From assembly GCA_963676795.2 (NCBI GenBank), contig CAXXTB010000001.1, forward strand, positions 32,001-96,000: a stretch of DNA of 64,000 nucleotides, written 5' to 3'. This stretch comes from Geopsychrobacteraceae bacterium (lineage in GTDB: Bacteria; Desulfobacterota; Desulfuromonadia; Desulfuromonadales; Geopsychrobacteraceae). Shown piece by piece: positions 9,305 to 19,375 of this stretch. Within the stretch, counting starts at the first letter, position 1. Every line of letters starts with the position of its first letter. Both the position numbers and the translations under genes were made by a program. The notes beneath the pieces were generated by a model that searched no databases, was not told where the DNA came from, and saw only the letters and a program-made list of their open reading frames with translations.

Positions 9305-11676
9305 GTCCGGCCCCCTTCGCGCCGGGTCAGGGCCGGTAGCACCAGGACCGCACTGGGCACTGCGGCCAAAATGCCGAGCAGCACCGTGATGCCGATCGAA
9401 CTCAGGGCCGGATGGCTGGCCAGCGCCAAAGCACCAAACCCTGCCAGGGTTGTCAGTCCGGACACGCTGATCGCCTTGACCCGCGCCTTGTATTCATGAC
9501 CATCATCCCCCCGGCTGACCATGAATACCCCGTAATCAACCCCCAGACCGATCACCAGGATAGAAGCGATCACGTTGAAGATGTTGATCTCCAGTCCCAG
9601 CCAGGCCATGCCGCCGAGCATGAAGATGATCCCGCTGACAACCGGCAGCAGAGTCAGCAGCATACGCTTGAGCGAACGAAGAACCACCAGCAGCAGCACG
9701 ACAATCACACCGCTCGCGAGCAGGATAAAACGCTTGAAATCATGAAAGATCTCTTCGCCGAGTAGACTGCCGAAGCGGCTCTGTGACACCAGCTCGAGGC
9801 CGGGGATTCCGTCCAGCGCAACAGCGAGGCGGCTGATCAGCTCGGGGTTATCCGGGATCAGGCTGATCACCCGGTAGCCGCCAGAGTCGCTGAAGACAAA
9901 ATCCTCGATCAGGCTTTTCAGCCCCCCGCCATAGCGGGTCTGCCAGTCGATCAGCTCTCCTGGCTCAGTCCATGAAGCGACGAATGGGCTGAAGGCTTCA
10001 GCGGAAAAACCGTAGTTCTGGCGACTCTGTTCAAGAGAGGTGGAAACACTCTCGGCATGCTCCAGCCAGAAACGTTGCCAGTGCTCCTGGCGCTGCTGCT
10101 GTACCTCGTCGGCAATCAGCAGCGGCGCCAGGCTGACCGCCTGCTGATCCAACTGCTCGCTTCTGAGTGTCTGCCAGAGTTGCTCGTTGCGGCTGAACGC
10201 TTCATTCCAGCTCGCCCCGGAAGAGAAGATCATTGCACTGCTGCGCAGATCCCCCCAGTTCTCTTTCAGGTTCGTTTCTGCCTGTTGCAGATAGGCCGGA
10301 ACATAGCTTAACTGGCGCAGTTCACCATTGATCTTCAGCTGGCCGATCTGAGTCAGGGCGGCCAGCATGACGACCAGCCAGCAGAGCAGCACAACCCTGC
10401 GCCGCCCCCGGCCAAGCGGCCGGATAGCCTGCTGCTGGCCGCGAAACTCCCAGGCTTCGCCCTGCCGGCGGACAAAATGCGGCAAGATACAGAGCGCCAG
10501 CAGCAATGCGGCAAAAATACCCGCGATACTGAAAAACGCCAGCTGCCGCTGCCCGGGCAGCACTGACCAGAGCAGTACGGCAAAGCCCGCGACAGTTGTC
10601 AGTCCACCGGTCAGCATCGGTTTGGCCAGACCGGCCAGAATCTGGCCGCGGTCTTTGCCGGTCCGCACCAGCGGATAATAGACATGCAGACCGTAATCGA
10701 TGGTAATGCCGAGCAACACCGCACCGAAACCGAAGGTAATTCCGGAAACGGAGCCGTAATAGAGCTGGGTTGCCGCCGTCGCGACCAGGAGCGCCACAAG
10801 CGGCAGCAGGTAAACGGCAATGGCACTCAAGCGTCTCAAAAACAGGACAAAGATGACCAGTAAGCCGAGTGCCGAAGCGATCAGGACGATCCGCATATCC
10901 TGTTGAATCGCCCGGGCGTTCTCAAGCGTATAGAGATGGCCGCTGAGCAAATCGGCAGTGATGCCCTCGGCCAGGCCACCCTTGAGGGTCGTAAACTGCT
11001 CGAGCAGGGCTTCGGCACCATTGACATCGGTAATCGGGATGCTGGTCTCGGCCAGCAGCAGGGTATTACGTCCGTCCTTGCTGACGAACTGCCCCTGTTC
11101 GAGCTTGGCTTCCGGCACCGGGTTCAGCGCTTTGAGCTTCGCCAGCACCAGCCGCTGAAAATCGAGCGGGTCTCTGCGGACGCGCTGTTTCATCAGCATC
11201 CCCTGCGGCTGGACCAGGAGCAGCTTGTCTTCGGCCAGGGCCGCGTCAATCTTTTCCGGGCTCAGCTGAGCCTCGATCTCTGTCCAGTCATGCGCGTCAA
11301 GAAACAGCGGCAGAGAGTCCTGCAGCTGACCGATCAGCGCCGTCATGAGCTGCTGGTCGAGCTGCTGAACACGAATCTCCCCGCTCTCTTGCAAGCGCTC
11401 CGCGAAGCGCCTGGTCTCCGCGAGCAGCTGCTGACGCGGAACTTCTTCAGCGGCGTGCAGCTGGATAACCAGCTTGCGCGACAAGGGGGCCTGGCCAAGC
11501 AGTTCAAACTCCTTGGCGACATGCGAATCCCCGTCCGGCAACAGCGAACGGATATCGTTATTGATCTGAATCCCGCCGAGAATCCAGCCGCAGATCAGCA
11601 GCAGCACAATCAGAACAAGAACCGGCACGCTGCGCCGTGCAGCGAAGGCTTTGTAACAGGAGGCGAATAACTGCAT
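9301..11676 (-). CDS. MMPL/RND-family lipid exporter
   Basis: About 12 TM segments in two repeats; GITIDYGLH and GLGVDYGVF motifs; large periplasmic loops. Confidence 0.9.
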   Translation of the reverse strand: MQLFASCYKAFAARRSVPVLVLIVLLLICGWILGGIQINNDIRSLLPDGDSHVAKEFELLGQAPLSRKLVIQLHAAEEVPRQQLLAETRRFAERLQESGEIRVQQLDQQLMTALIGQLQDSLPLFLDAHDWTEIEAQLSPEKIDAALAEDKLLLVQPQGMLMKQRVRRDPLDFQRLVLAKLKALNPVPEAKLEQGQFVSKDGRNTLLLAETSIPITDVNGAEALLEQFTTLKGGLAEGITADLLSGHLYTLENARAIQQDMRIVLIASALGLLVIFVLFLRRLSAIAVYLLPLVALLVATAATQLYYGSVSGITFGFGAVLLGITIDYGLHVYYPLVRTGKDRGQILAGLAKPMLTGGLTTVAGFAVLLWSVLPGQRQLAFFSIAGIFAALLLALCILPHFVRRQGEAWEFRGQQQAIRPLGRGRRRVVLLCWLVVMLAALTQIGQLKINGELRQLSYVPAYLQQAETNLKENWGDLRSSAMIFSSGASWNEAFSRNEQLWQTLRSEQLDQQAVSLAPLLIADEVQQQRQEHWQRFWLEHAESVSTSLEQSRQNYGFSAEAFSPFVASWTEPGELIDWQTRYGGGLKSLIEDFVFSDSGGYRVISLIPDNPELISRLAVALDGIPGLELVSQSRFGSLLGEEIFHDFKRFILLASGVIVVLLLVVLRSLKRMLLTLLPVVSGIIFMLGGMAWLGLEINIFNVIASILVIGLGVDYGVFMVSRGDDGHEYKARVKAISVSGLTTLAGFGALALASHPALSSIGITVLLGILAAVPSAVLVLPALTRREGGRT

Positions 11677-12350
11677 CAGAGTTCAGGCACCTGGAAGATA
11701 CTGTCGTCCAGCGGAGAATTCTTCTCCATCGCGGTAAACTCGAGACGTGTCCAGTCACCTTCCTGTTCGTTGAGCTGCAACTGTTGGACGTGACTCCGAT
11801 CAGCGGCAAAAACGATCAGGATATCGCGGATAAAGGTCGCTTCCCCCGCATCCTTAGGGGTCAACTTGAGGCTCAGCGGCTGCTCCGAAAGCAGTTCCAG
11901 CTCATAGCGGGTTTTCAGCCAGGCGATATCGAAACGCGCCCAGGCGAGCAATTGCCGGGAAATCAGCCCCATGACCGGATCGCTGGAGATGGTGAAATCA
12001 TCCCGTTCGCCACTGAGGCGGTTCCAGCGCTCCCCCTTGTCACCGCGAATGACAAAACCGCTATCGACCGGCGTCAGCAGCTGCCAGCGCAGGAAATCCG
12101 GCCGACGATAGGCGAACACCCCGCTCGATTCCAGCGATTCATCGAAGATCGCCAGATGCTTCTGCTGAAGGAACGGACTGTAGAGCGACTCGACCGAAGC
12201 GGCCTCCTGCTGCAGCGTTTCAAGCAAAGCTTCCAGTTCGGCCGCCTGAGCCAGCCGCGCTGCGCCTGTCATCATCAGGAGCAGCAGGAGCAGTCCGGCG
12301 ATCAGCTGTTTATTGAATCCAAATCTTGATCTCTGCATCAGCAACAACAT
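11676..12350 (-). CDS. LolA-like periplasmic lipid/lipoprotein carrier
   Basis: Signal peptide ending AQAA; FLQQKHL...SSGVFAYRRPDFLRWQ..P; LKLTPK; GDWTRLEF. Start uncertain (12350 or 12338). Confidence 0.8.
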   Translation of the reverse strand: MLLLMQRSRFGFNKQLIAGLLLLLLMMTGAARLAQAAELEALLETLQQEAASVESLYSPFLQQKHLAIFDESLESSGVFAYRRPDFLRWQLLTPVDSGFVIRGDKGERWNRLSGERDDFTISSDPVMGLISRQLLAWARFDIAWLKTRYELELLSEQPLSLKLTPKDAGEATFIRDILIVFAADRSHVQQLQLNEQEGDWTRLEFTAMEKNSPLDDSIFQVPEL

Positions 12351-12735
12351 CTCCGCCCCGCTGAATTATCCCCTCAGCCAAGGCAAAATCATCCAGTTCA
12401 GCGACAGTCTTCAGCTCGATCCGCAGCCGGTCGCCAAGCTTGACCGGTTGATAGGCCTTGAAGGTTTTTATCCCGACCAGGAAACCCTGGCGAACCGGCA
12501 AGCCGGAAAGCCGGTCGGCATAGCCCTTGATCGCCGCGTAGCCCTGGGCGATCAGCTCGATCATGGCGACCTCTTCGACCTGCCCCTCGGCCGTCAGAAA
12601 GAGGAAATCCTCGGCGATCTCGGCTTCGACGACGCCGTTTTTGCCGTCGATCGCAACCATCCGCTCGATCAGCAGCATCGGCTTGCGATGCGGAACCAGT
12701 TCTGCGGCCGCAATGGGCAAGGGGAGAGCGTCCAT
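12310..12735 (-). CDS. Hotdog 3-hydroxyacyl-ACP dehydratase (ApeP-like)
   Basis: LVPHRKPMLLI; IELIAQ; GFLVGIK. Confidence 0.85.
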   Translation of the reverse strand: MDALPLPIAAAELVPHRKPMLLIERMVAIDGKNGVVEAEIAEDFLFLTAEGQVEEVAMIELIAQGYAAIKGYADRLSGLPVRQGFLVGIKTFKAYQPVKLGDRLRIELKTVAELDDFALAEGIIQRGGDVVADAEIKIWIQ

Positions 12736-14324
12736 TACGCCTCCCAGTAGACCCTGAGGTCATCAAACAGCTGGCTCGAAAAGAGCAGCTTGCGATAGGC
12801 GACCAGATCGTCATGGAAGATTCCGCTATTGTCATACATCTTGAAATTTTCATTCAAAATCGCAAACACCTTGCTCGTGCCATGCCCCATCTTGTCACTG
12901 TTGCGGAAGTTCAGGGCCTGCAAATCAGCCAGCACCTCGAGGGTGACGATATGCTTGGCGTTACTGACCGCCTTGAACGCCTTGCGCGCAGCGATGGTGC
13001 CCATGCTGACGACATCCTGATTGGAGGCGTTGCTGCTGATCGTGTTGGTGCTGACCGGGTTGGCCAACTGGCGGTTCTCCGCAGTGGTCGAGGTCGCCAG
13101 ATACTGGGCCCCCATGAAGCCCATGGTCAGCCCCGGGGTCCCCGGAATCAGGAACTCCGGCAGTCCCTCATTGATGTGACGGTCGAGGTACTTGTTGGTG
13201 CGCCGCTCCGACAGATTACAGAGGGTCGAAATGGCAATACTCAGCTGGTCCATCACCATGCCGATGCTCTGGCCATGGAAATTGCCGCCGTGGATGACCT
13301 TCTTCTTCTCCGGAATGACGATCGGGTTATCGTTGGACGAGTTGGCCTCGGTCTCGACGGTCCGGCGGGCGACATCCAGGGTTTCAAAAACCGGTGCCAG
13401 GACCTGCGGGGTACAGCGGATCGAGTAGACGTCCTGGACATTGATGCTGGTCTCGTAGACCGGGCCGTCAGCGCTCTTCTGCTTGCGGATCAGCTCATGC
13501 ATCTCGGAGCGCAGGGTGATGTTGCGTGAACCGCGGTAGAGGTTGCGAATCGTTTCAGCGATCTTGATCTGTCCTTCGTGTGGCTTGACCAGATGCAGGT
13601 CTTCATCGAAGGCGTCGTCGATACCACCGAAGATCTCAACGGAGAAGGCGGCGGTAACGCAGCTGATGTTGAGCAACTTCTGGGCGCCGAATATAGCAAA
13701 GGCGGCAATGGCGGTCATGGCGCTGGTGCCGTTCATCAGCGCGATCCCCTCCTTGAAGCTTAAGCGGAACGGTTCGCGGCCGAGCTGCTGGTAGACGTCT
13801 GCGGCCGGGCGCAGTTCGCCCTGGTAGTAGAGCTGCCCTTCGCCGATGATTGCCAGGGCCAGATGGGCGAGGTGAACCAGGTCACCGGAAGCACCGACGC
13901 TGCCGCACTCGGGGATATAAGGCGCGACCCGTTCGTTGATCATCCACTGCATGTGCTCAAGCAGCTCGACGCGCACAGCACTGTAACCCTTGACCAGAGT
14001 GTTGAGACGTACCGCCATGACTGCAATAGCGATGTAGTCCTTGAGCGGCTCGCCGAGACCGGCAGCATGGCTGCGGATCAGGTTGATCTGCAATGTCTCG
14101 ATCTGGGCATCGTCGATGATCTTGTTGCACATCGGCCCGAAGGAGGTATTGACCCCGTAGATGATCCGCTTGGCAGCAACTTCGTCTTCGAGAAACTTGC
14201 GGCTGGCCCGGCAACGCTCCAGTGCGCCCGCATCCAGTCCAACCTTCTTGTCACCAATCCCGATGGCAACGATATCGTTGACCGTCAGCGTATAACCATC
14301 GAGAAATATCTGTTCCTTGTTCAT
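12735..14324 (-). CDS. MIO-dependent aromatic amino acid ammonia-lyase, probably tyrosine ammonia-lyase-like
   Basis: YGVNTSFG, GSVGASGDL (Ala-Ser-Gly MIO), NGTS, QDVYSIRC, NDNP, HGGNFHG, SNQDVVSMG. Confidence 0.9.
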   Translation of the reverse strand: MNKEQIFLDGYTLTVNDIVAIGIGDKKVGLDAGALERCRASRKFLEDEVAAKRIIYGVNTSFGPMCNKIIDDAQIETLQINLIRSHAAGLGEPLKDYIAIAVMAVRLNTLVKGYSAVRVELLEHMQWMINERVAPYIPECGSVGASGDLVHLAHLALAIIGEGQLYYQGELRPAADVYQQLGREPFRLSFKEGIALMNGTSAMTAIAAFAIFGAQKLLNISCVTAAFSVEIFGGIDDAFDEDLHLVKPHEGQIKIAETIRNLYRGSRNITLRSEMHELIRKQKSADGPVYETSINVQDVYSIRCTPQVLAPVFETLDVARRTVETEANSSNDNPIVIPEKKKVIHGGNFHGQSIGMVMDQLSIAISTLCNLSERRTNKYLDRHINEGLPEFLIPGTPGLTMGFMGAQYLATSTTAENRQLANPVSTNTISSNASNQDVVSMGTIAARKAFKAVSNAKHIVTLEVLADLQALNFRNSDKMGHGTSKVFAILNENFKMYDNSGIFHDDLVAYRKLLFSSQLFDDLRVYWEA

Positions 14325-14351
14325 CAACCCACTCCCTCATGCAAATCCAAT

Positions 14352-15617
14352 TTAGCGATAATCGAAAAAAGTCACCGGTTTGCGCCGGTCACCCTGAATT
14401 GTTTTCTTCAGCACCTCTTCCGGACTGCAGATCTCCACCTCCGGCTTGACCCGCGTTTTTGCCGCGATCTGCTCGGCGACCTGGCGTTCACTCAAAACTC
14501 CGGGGCGGGCGCCAACGACAACCCGGATCCGGTCGGACAGCTCATGTTCGGCATAGACCTCGATGTAATAGCCATGGACCTCCGGCAGCATATGCAGGGC
14601 GTGGCCGATTGCGCCGGGGAACAGGGTCGTACCGCGGAACTTGAGCATGTGCGCCTTACGGCCGACGACCGGGCCGAGGCGCGGCGTAACAACCCCGCAG
14701 CCGCAGGGTTCGTCATAGAGCGCGGCGATATCACCGGTGCGGTAACGCAGCAACGGTGTCCCCTCAACCCCGAGAGGCGTAGCGATCACTTCGCCCGCCA
14801 CCCCCGGCGGCAGCTGGCGCCCCTGCTCATCGACGATCTCGACGAGAATCAGATCGGTCAGCACATGCCCGCCGCAAGCGGCCGGACAGTCGGTAAAGGA
14901 GGTCGCCATCTCGGTACTTGCGTAGGTGCCGAAGATCTCGGCGCCCCAGAAACGCTGCAGTTCGTTCCCCAGCGTCGACAGCTGCAGATCATGGCTCCTG
15001 ACCGGTTCGCCGATGCAGACCAGTTTTTCGATACCGAAACTGAGCGGATCGCTATCCTGACTCTGCAGATAGCGAGCCAGAGCGAGCATAAAACTGGGCA
15101 CGCCGACAATGATATTCGGCCGCTGCAGACGCAGCAGCTCGGCGACATAGGCCATCTGTCCGGAGCCGCCACGGATCACCGTCGCGCCGATGGCGCGCAG
15201 ACCGAGGAAGTAGGCCAGCCCGGCCATAAAGGTCCGGTCGAGCGCCGCCGTGATCAGAACCCGATCGCTGGCGGTAACCCCGACGGCCCGGAAAGCGCTC
15301 TCTTCGTTGCGGGTCAGGCGTTGCAGATCATGCTCGCTCTGCCAGACCGTCACCGGCGCGCCGGTGGTTCCGGAGGTCATGCAGATATCGACCACCTGAT
15401 GCTCGTTAACCGCCAGAAACTCGCGATTATGTTCGGCCAGATCAGCCTTCGAGGTCAGCGGCAGCCGCTCCAGGTCGCTGATCGAGTTCAGCTGTTCCGG
15501 CGTGAAATCGCAAGCGCCAAAGATCCGCTGATAATAGGGGGAGTGCTGCGCCAGATAGACCAGATGCCGGCGTAATGTTTCGACTTGCCGCAGCTGCCAG
15601 CGGGGTGTCTCAGCCAT
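14352..15617 (-). CDS. Phenylacetate-CoA ligase family (PaaK-like) aryl-acid adenylating enzyme
   Basis: LPLTSKADL, TSGTTG, GEP, YASTE, PLLRYRTGD, GRKAHMLKFRG. Confidence 0.9.
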   Translation of the reverse strand: MAETPRWQLRQVETLRRHLVYLAQHSPYYQRIFGACDFTPEQLNSISDLERLPLTSKADLAEHNREFLAVNEHQVVDICMTSGTTGAPVTVWQSEHDLQRLTRNEESAFRAVGVTASDRVLITAALDRTFMAGLAYFLGLRAIGATVIRGGSGQMAYVAELLRLQRPNIIVGVPSFMLALARYLQSQDSDPLSFGIEKLVCIGEPVRSHDLQLSTLGNELQRFWGAEIFGTYASTEMATSFTDCPAACGGHVLTDLILVEIVDEQGRQLPPGVAGEVIATPLGVEGTPLLRYRTGDIAALYDEPCGCGVVTPRLGPVVGRKAHMLKFRGTTLFPGAIGHALHMLPEVHGYYIEVYAEHELSDRIRVVVGARPGVLSERQVAEQIAAKTRVKPEVEICSPEEVLKKTIQGDRRKPVTFFDYR

Positions 15618-16422
15618 GGTTGTTCCCCCCGGATTTCATTTTTTGCAACTCTTCAGCCATCTGGGCTTTAACCAGTTTTCGCAGTCGCATATGGCCGTCT
15701 TCGGTCTTGAAGTCAGCGACCTCAATCGGCGGCAAAGCCTTCAAGGTGATCTGACAGGGTTTGAAATATTTTCGGTCGGGCGGCATCAGGACATTGGTGC
15801 CACTGATACAGAGCGGGACGACAACCACATCGGAACCGGCCGCCACCTTGAATGCCCCGGAATAAAAGCGCTGCAGCTCTCCATCGCGACTGCGATGCCC
15901 TTCCGGAAAGAACAGCACCGCGCCATTGTCGGCAAAGGTGCTCTGGCAGTTCTGCTCGGTAACATCCCAGGAATTGCTCTCGACATCCAGGTAGCGGGCC
16001 AGGCGCATGAACTTGCTGTACCAGAACATGCGGAACGGCCAGGAACGCACAGCAAAGGTGATATCGCAGATCGGCAGCAGAGCCATACAGTAGGTGTCAA
16101 AAAAGGACAGATGATTGACGACCAGAACATGCGGGATACGGGTCCTGACATGCTCCATCCCTTCACGCCGGAAACGGACAAAGGGACTCATGATCACCAG
16201 CCAGCCCCGCCCGTACATCCAGATGATCCAGCGCGTTGTGCGCTCCTGAGACCAGCGCAGGACCCCTTTGCCGAAGGCATAGGCCAGCGGAAAGGTGATA
16301 ATCCCGAACAGCGTCCAGAGCAACATCAGCGGCCAGCACCAGAGATTCATGATGATGATTTTCAGCGCCGCCACGGGATTACCCTCCCGCATCTGGCCCT
16401 GTTCACTGCTGAGCATCTCCAT
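15610..16422 (-). CDS. PlsC-type lysophospholipid acyltransferase
   Basis: VVNHLSFFD (NHxxxxD); FFPEGHRS; N-terminal membrane segment. Confidence 0.9.
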   Translation of the reverse strand: MEMLSSEQGQMREGNPVAALKIIIMNLWCWPLMLLWTLFGIITFPLAYAFGKGVLRWSQERTTRWIIWMYGRGWLVIMSPFVRFRREGMEHVRTRIPHVLVVNHLSFFDTYCMALLPICDITFAVRSWPFRMFWYSKFMRLARYLDVESNSWDVTEQNCQSTFADNGAVLFFPEGHRSRDGELQRFYSGAFKVAAGSDVVVVPLCISGTNVLMPPDRKYFKPCQITLKALPPIEVADFKTEDGHMRLRKLVKAQMAEELQKMKSGGNNHG

Positions 16423-16426
16423 GCCG

Positions 16427-16678
16427 TTACTGCTGAGCGACCTTGCTCAGGACAAAGCGGTGTATATCCCCCAGGCTGCGGATCTCGCGGATCGCTTCTT
16501 CCTCGCGGATCTTGAAATTGAAGGCGCCCTCAAGCACAATAACCATGTCGACAGTATCAAGGCTGTCGAGGCCAAGATCCTCGTAAAGATTGGCCTCCGG
16601 AGTCATATCGTCACGATCCAGCTCAAATTCCTCGGCCAGGCTGGAATCGATCAACTCAATCACTTGCTCTTCAGTCAT
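16427..16678 (-). CDS. Acyl carrier protein
   Basis: Small acidic protein with the DLGLDSLD phosphopantetheine site; GGAG RBS before MTEEQ. Confidence 0.93.
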   Translation of the reverse strand: MTEEQVIELIDSSLAEEFELDRDDMTPEANLYEDLGLDSLDTVDMVIVLEGAFNFKIREEEAIREIRSLGDIHRFVLSKVAQQ

Positions 16679-17900
16679 GCACATAACTCCTTAAAATAAC
16701 AGTTGAATTAACTCCGCCCATGGCGAAGTTATTCTTCAGAATATAACGCACCCGGCGATCTTCAGGTGCCATAATATGACAAATTGCGCCACAATCTTCA
16801 GCAACTTTTTCCAGATTTCTGGTCGCTACCAGGCGTTGCTGCTGGAGAATGCCGATGCACCCTGACAGCTCCAGCGCGCCGCTGGCCGCCAGGCTGTGTC
16901 CCAGGTGCCCCTTGAAGGAGCTGACCGGCACCCGGTCGGCAAAGATCTGGGCAATCGCCTGCGCCTCGGCACTATCCCCCTGCAGCGTGCCGGTGGCATG
17001 GGCATTGACATAATCGATCTGTTCGGCGTCGATCCCGGCATCAGCCAGGGCCTGGCGCATACAGTCGGCCATCGCCCCGGCATCCGGATTGGCGATGCTG
17101 GAATTATCCGAGTTGGTGGCAAAACCGCAGATTTCCCCCAGAATCGGCGCCTTGCGGGCCTCGGCATGACTGCGACTTTCGAGCAGCAGCAAACCGCAGC
17201 CTTCGCCGCAGACAACCCCGTCACGCTGCGCGTCGAACGGCCGCGGGACCGCCTGCGGCTGCTCGTTGAACCCGGTCGAGGCGGCGTTCATGACATCGAA
17301 GATCGCCGTCGTCAGCGGGTGAAACTCTTCGGTTCCGCCGCAGAGCATGGCGTCCTGGCGGCCGAAGGCGATCTGTTCGTAGCCAAAACCGATGGTCTGA
17401 CAGCCGGTCGCACAGGCCGCAGCCGGAGCGATCAAACGGCCGGTAATCCCGAGACTCTGGGTCAGGTTGGCCGCTGCCGAATGGCCCATGATCTGAAAGA
17501 ACAGCCCGGACTTGATCCGCTCCAGGCTGTGATCGGTAAAATAATCGCGAAAGAACTCTTCGATCGTTTCGGTACTGCCGAGCGTCGTGCCCAGAGACAC
17601 GCCGAAACGGCCATTACCAAGCAGCTCCTGCGGGTAACCACTCATCTCCAGCGCCTGCTGAGCGGCCAGGTAGGCATAGATCGACATCTGCGACATCGAA
17701 CGGCGAAACTTGCGCGGCACGATCTTCGGATCGATATCAGCAACCTTCGCCGCCACCAGCGAACGCAGCCCGCCGATCTCACCCAGTTCGGGGAAACTGC
17801 GCACCCCGCTCTCATTGGCGTAAAGACCGGCCATCAGTGCGGAAAAATCATTGGCCAACGGCGAGATCACCCCGACCCCGGTGACGACAACTGAATTCAT
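16671..17900 (-). CDS. Beta-ketoacyl-ACP synthase (FabF-like)
   Basis: VVVTGVG, AACATG, NAHATGT, FKGHLGHSLAASG, NNFAMGG. Confidence 0.93.
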   Translation of the reverse strand: MNSVVVTGVGVISPLANDFSALMAGLYANESGVRSFPELGEIGGLRSLVAAKVADIDPKIVPRKFRRSMSQMSIYAYLAAQQALEMSGYPQELLGNGRFGVSLGTTLGSTETIEEFFRDYFTDHSLERIKSGLFFQIMGHSAAANLTQSLGITGRLIAPAAACATGCQTIGFGYEQIAFGRQDAMLCGGTEEFHPLTTAIFDVMNAASTGFNEQPQAVPRPFDAQRDGVVCGEGCGLLLLESRSHAEARKAPILGEICGFATNSDNSSIANPDAGAMADCMRQALADAGIDAEQIDYVNAHATGTLQGDSAEAQAIAQIFADRVPVSSFKGHLGHSLAASGALELSGCIGILQQQRLVATRNLEKVAEDCGAICHIMAPEDRRVRYILKNNFAMGGVNSTVILRSYVHD

Positions 17901-19375
17901 AGGCATTTCTGCAGTTCTCCCTGTAAAGTCTCCGGCCCGATAACTGCCCCGCAGGTGACATAGGCCGACAACATCGCCCCGAGCAGACCGGGAGCACTCA
18001 CGGCCTGCCCCGACAGATAGAAGCCGGGCAGACGGGTCACCGGGTGCGGGTTGTACTGACCGATACAGTGGGCGGTGCCGTACAATGCCCCACTGTCACA
18101 GCCGCTGAAATGTCTGATCGTCAAAGGTGTCGCCAGATCGCTCAGCTGCAGGTCATCCAATTCCGGACAGCGCTCAGCGATATGAGCCAGCAGCTGTTCA
18201 CCGAACTGATGTTTCCATTCCCTGTAAGCGGCACTGCGCTGCGTACGCGCCACTTTCCAGTCGCTGACTTCCGCCAGCCGGGCAGGGAAGATGCCGATCA
18301 GACCTGCAGCGTCGCTATTGCCAGCAGAGCAGTTGGCCCCGGCCAGAAAGAAGGAGCGTTGCTCCAGGCTGGCATCGCAATCAGCCGTAATCGGCCCCGA
18401 TGACTGGGTACAGATCAGATTACGCCGTGACAGCAAGGTTCGCGCCTGCTCGGAACGGGCACAGACGACAAAAGCCGAGCAGGTCTGCTGCAGACCACGC
18501 AGCCGCTTCAGATAGGCCGGGCGCACGATGGTATCCGCCAGCCAACGGGCGACCAGCTCAGGGTTCACCGTCGCGACCACTTCATCGGCAGCAAGGCGTT
18601 CGCCGCCTGAAAGCACAACCGCAGCGACCCGGCCGGCAGCAGCCTCGATTGAAAACACCTCGGCGCCACAGCGCAGCTCGACGTCATAGCCGGCCAGCTG
18701 ATTTAACAGCGCGTCCAGCAACGCCCGTCCGCCGCCATCGACGAGATGAGCCGAATGATAATAGGATCCGGCGACCTGGGCGTTGTAGTGATGCGCCGCT
18801 TCAGAGGGAGCCACCCCGTAAAGCAGCGTGTGCATCGACAACAAGGTCTGCAGATCTGGCCAGGCGCTGAAAACGGCCAGGCGCTCCTGCAACGACTGAC
18901 TGTGGACAGTCTGAAACTTGAAATTGCGGATATCGAGTGAAGGGTCGAGATAAGGAAAATATCGCCATTGAGCTTCTACCTCGTCCAGATATGTTTTCAG
19001 AGCCTTGGCCGCAGCGGGAAACTGACTCCCCAGATAAGCCCGGATGGCGGCAAAACCAACCGGCAGCTCATAGGTCCGGCCGGAGGCTGCGATCCGCAGC
19101 TGATCGAAACCCTCCTCCCTGCAGGGGATCAATCTAATCCCGTCGGCCAGGCCAAGGTGACGAAAAAACAGCTGCAACGGCCCCCCGGCGCCAAAACCAC
19201 CGGCATAATGAAAGCCGGTATCGAAACGTATGCCGTCACGCTGAAAGCCGCGAATCACCGGAGCAGGCTGTTTTGCCTGTTCCAGCACGACAACCCGGCG
19301 GCCACTGCGGCCGAGCAGCAAGGCTGTCACCAGGCCGGAGATCCCGGCCCCGATTATGACAGTCGCCGGCTTCAT
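17897..19375 (-). CDS. FAD-dependent oxidoreductase, phytoene desaturase / retinol saturase-like
   Basis: IIGAGISGL dinucleotide fold, FDTGFHY, ATPLT, GALYG, LPGFYLSGQ. Confidence 0.85.
   Translation of the reverse strand: MKPATVIIGAGISGLVTALLLGRSGRRVVVLEQAKQPAPVIRGFQRDGIRFDTGFHYAGGFGAGGPLQLFFRHLGLADGIRLIPCREEGFDQLRIAASGRTYELPVGFAAIRAYLGSQFPAAAKALKTYLDEVEAQWRYFPYLDPSLDIRNFKFQTVHSQSLQERLAVFSAWPDLQTLLSMHTLLYGVAPSEAAHHYNAQVAGSYYHSAHLVDGGGRALLDALLNQLAGYDVELRCGAEVFSIEAAAGRVAAVVLSGGERLAADEVVATVNPELVARWLADTIVRPAYLKRLRGLQQTCSAFVVCARSEQARTLLSRRNLICTQSSGPITADCDASLEQRSFFLAGANCSAGNSDAAGLIGIFPARLAEVSDWKVARTQRSAAYREWKHQFGEQLLAHIAERCPELDDLQLSDLATPLTIRHFSGCDSGALYGTAHCIGQYNPHPVTRLPGFYLSGQAVSAPGLLGAMLSAYVTCGAVIGPETLQGELQKCL

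Noticed and set aside
12735..14324. Calling the lyase hutH (histidine catabolism)
   Set aside because: It has NQD rather than NQED, no hutUIG genes nearby, and is coupled inside a lipid operon
13863..15575. Long plus-strand ORFs (e.g. 1825-2868, 3625-4755, 13863-15575, 25883-27607, 28556-30064, 56379-57428)
   Set aside because: They are antisense shadows of well-supported GC-rich genes and show no recognisable motifs
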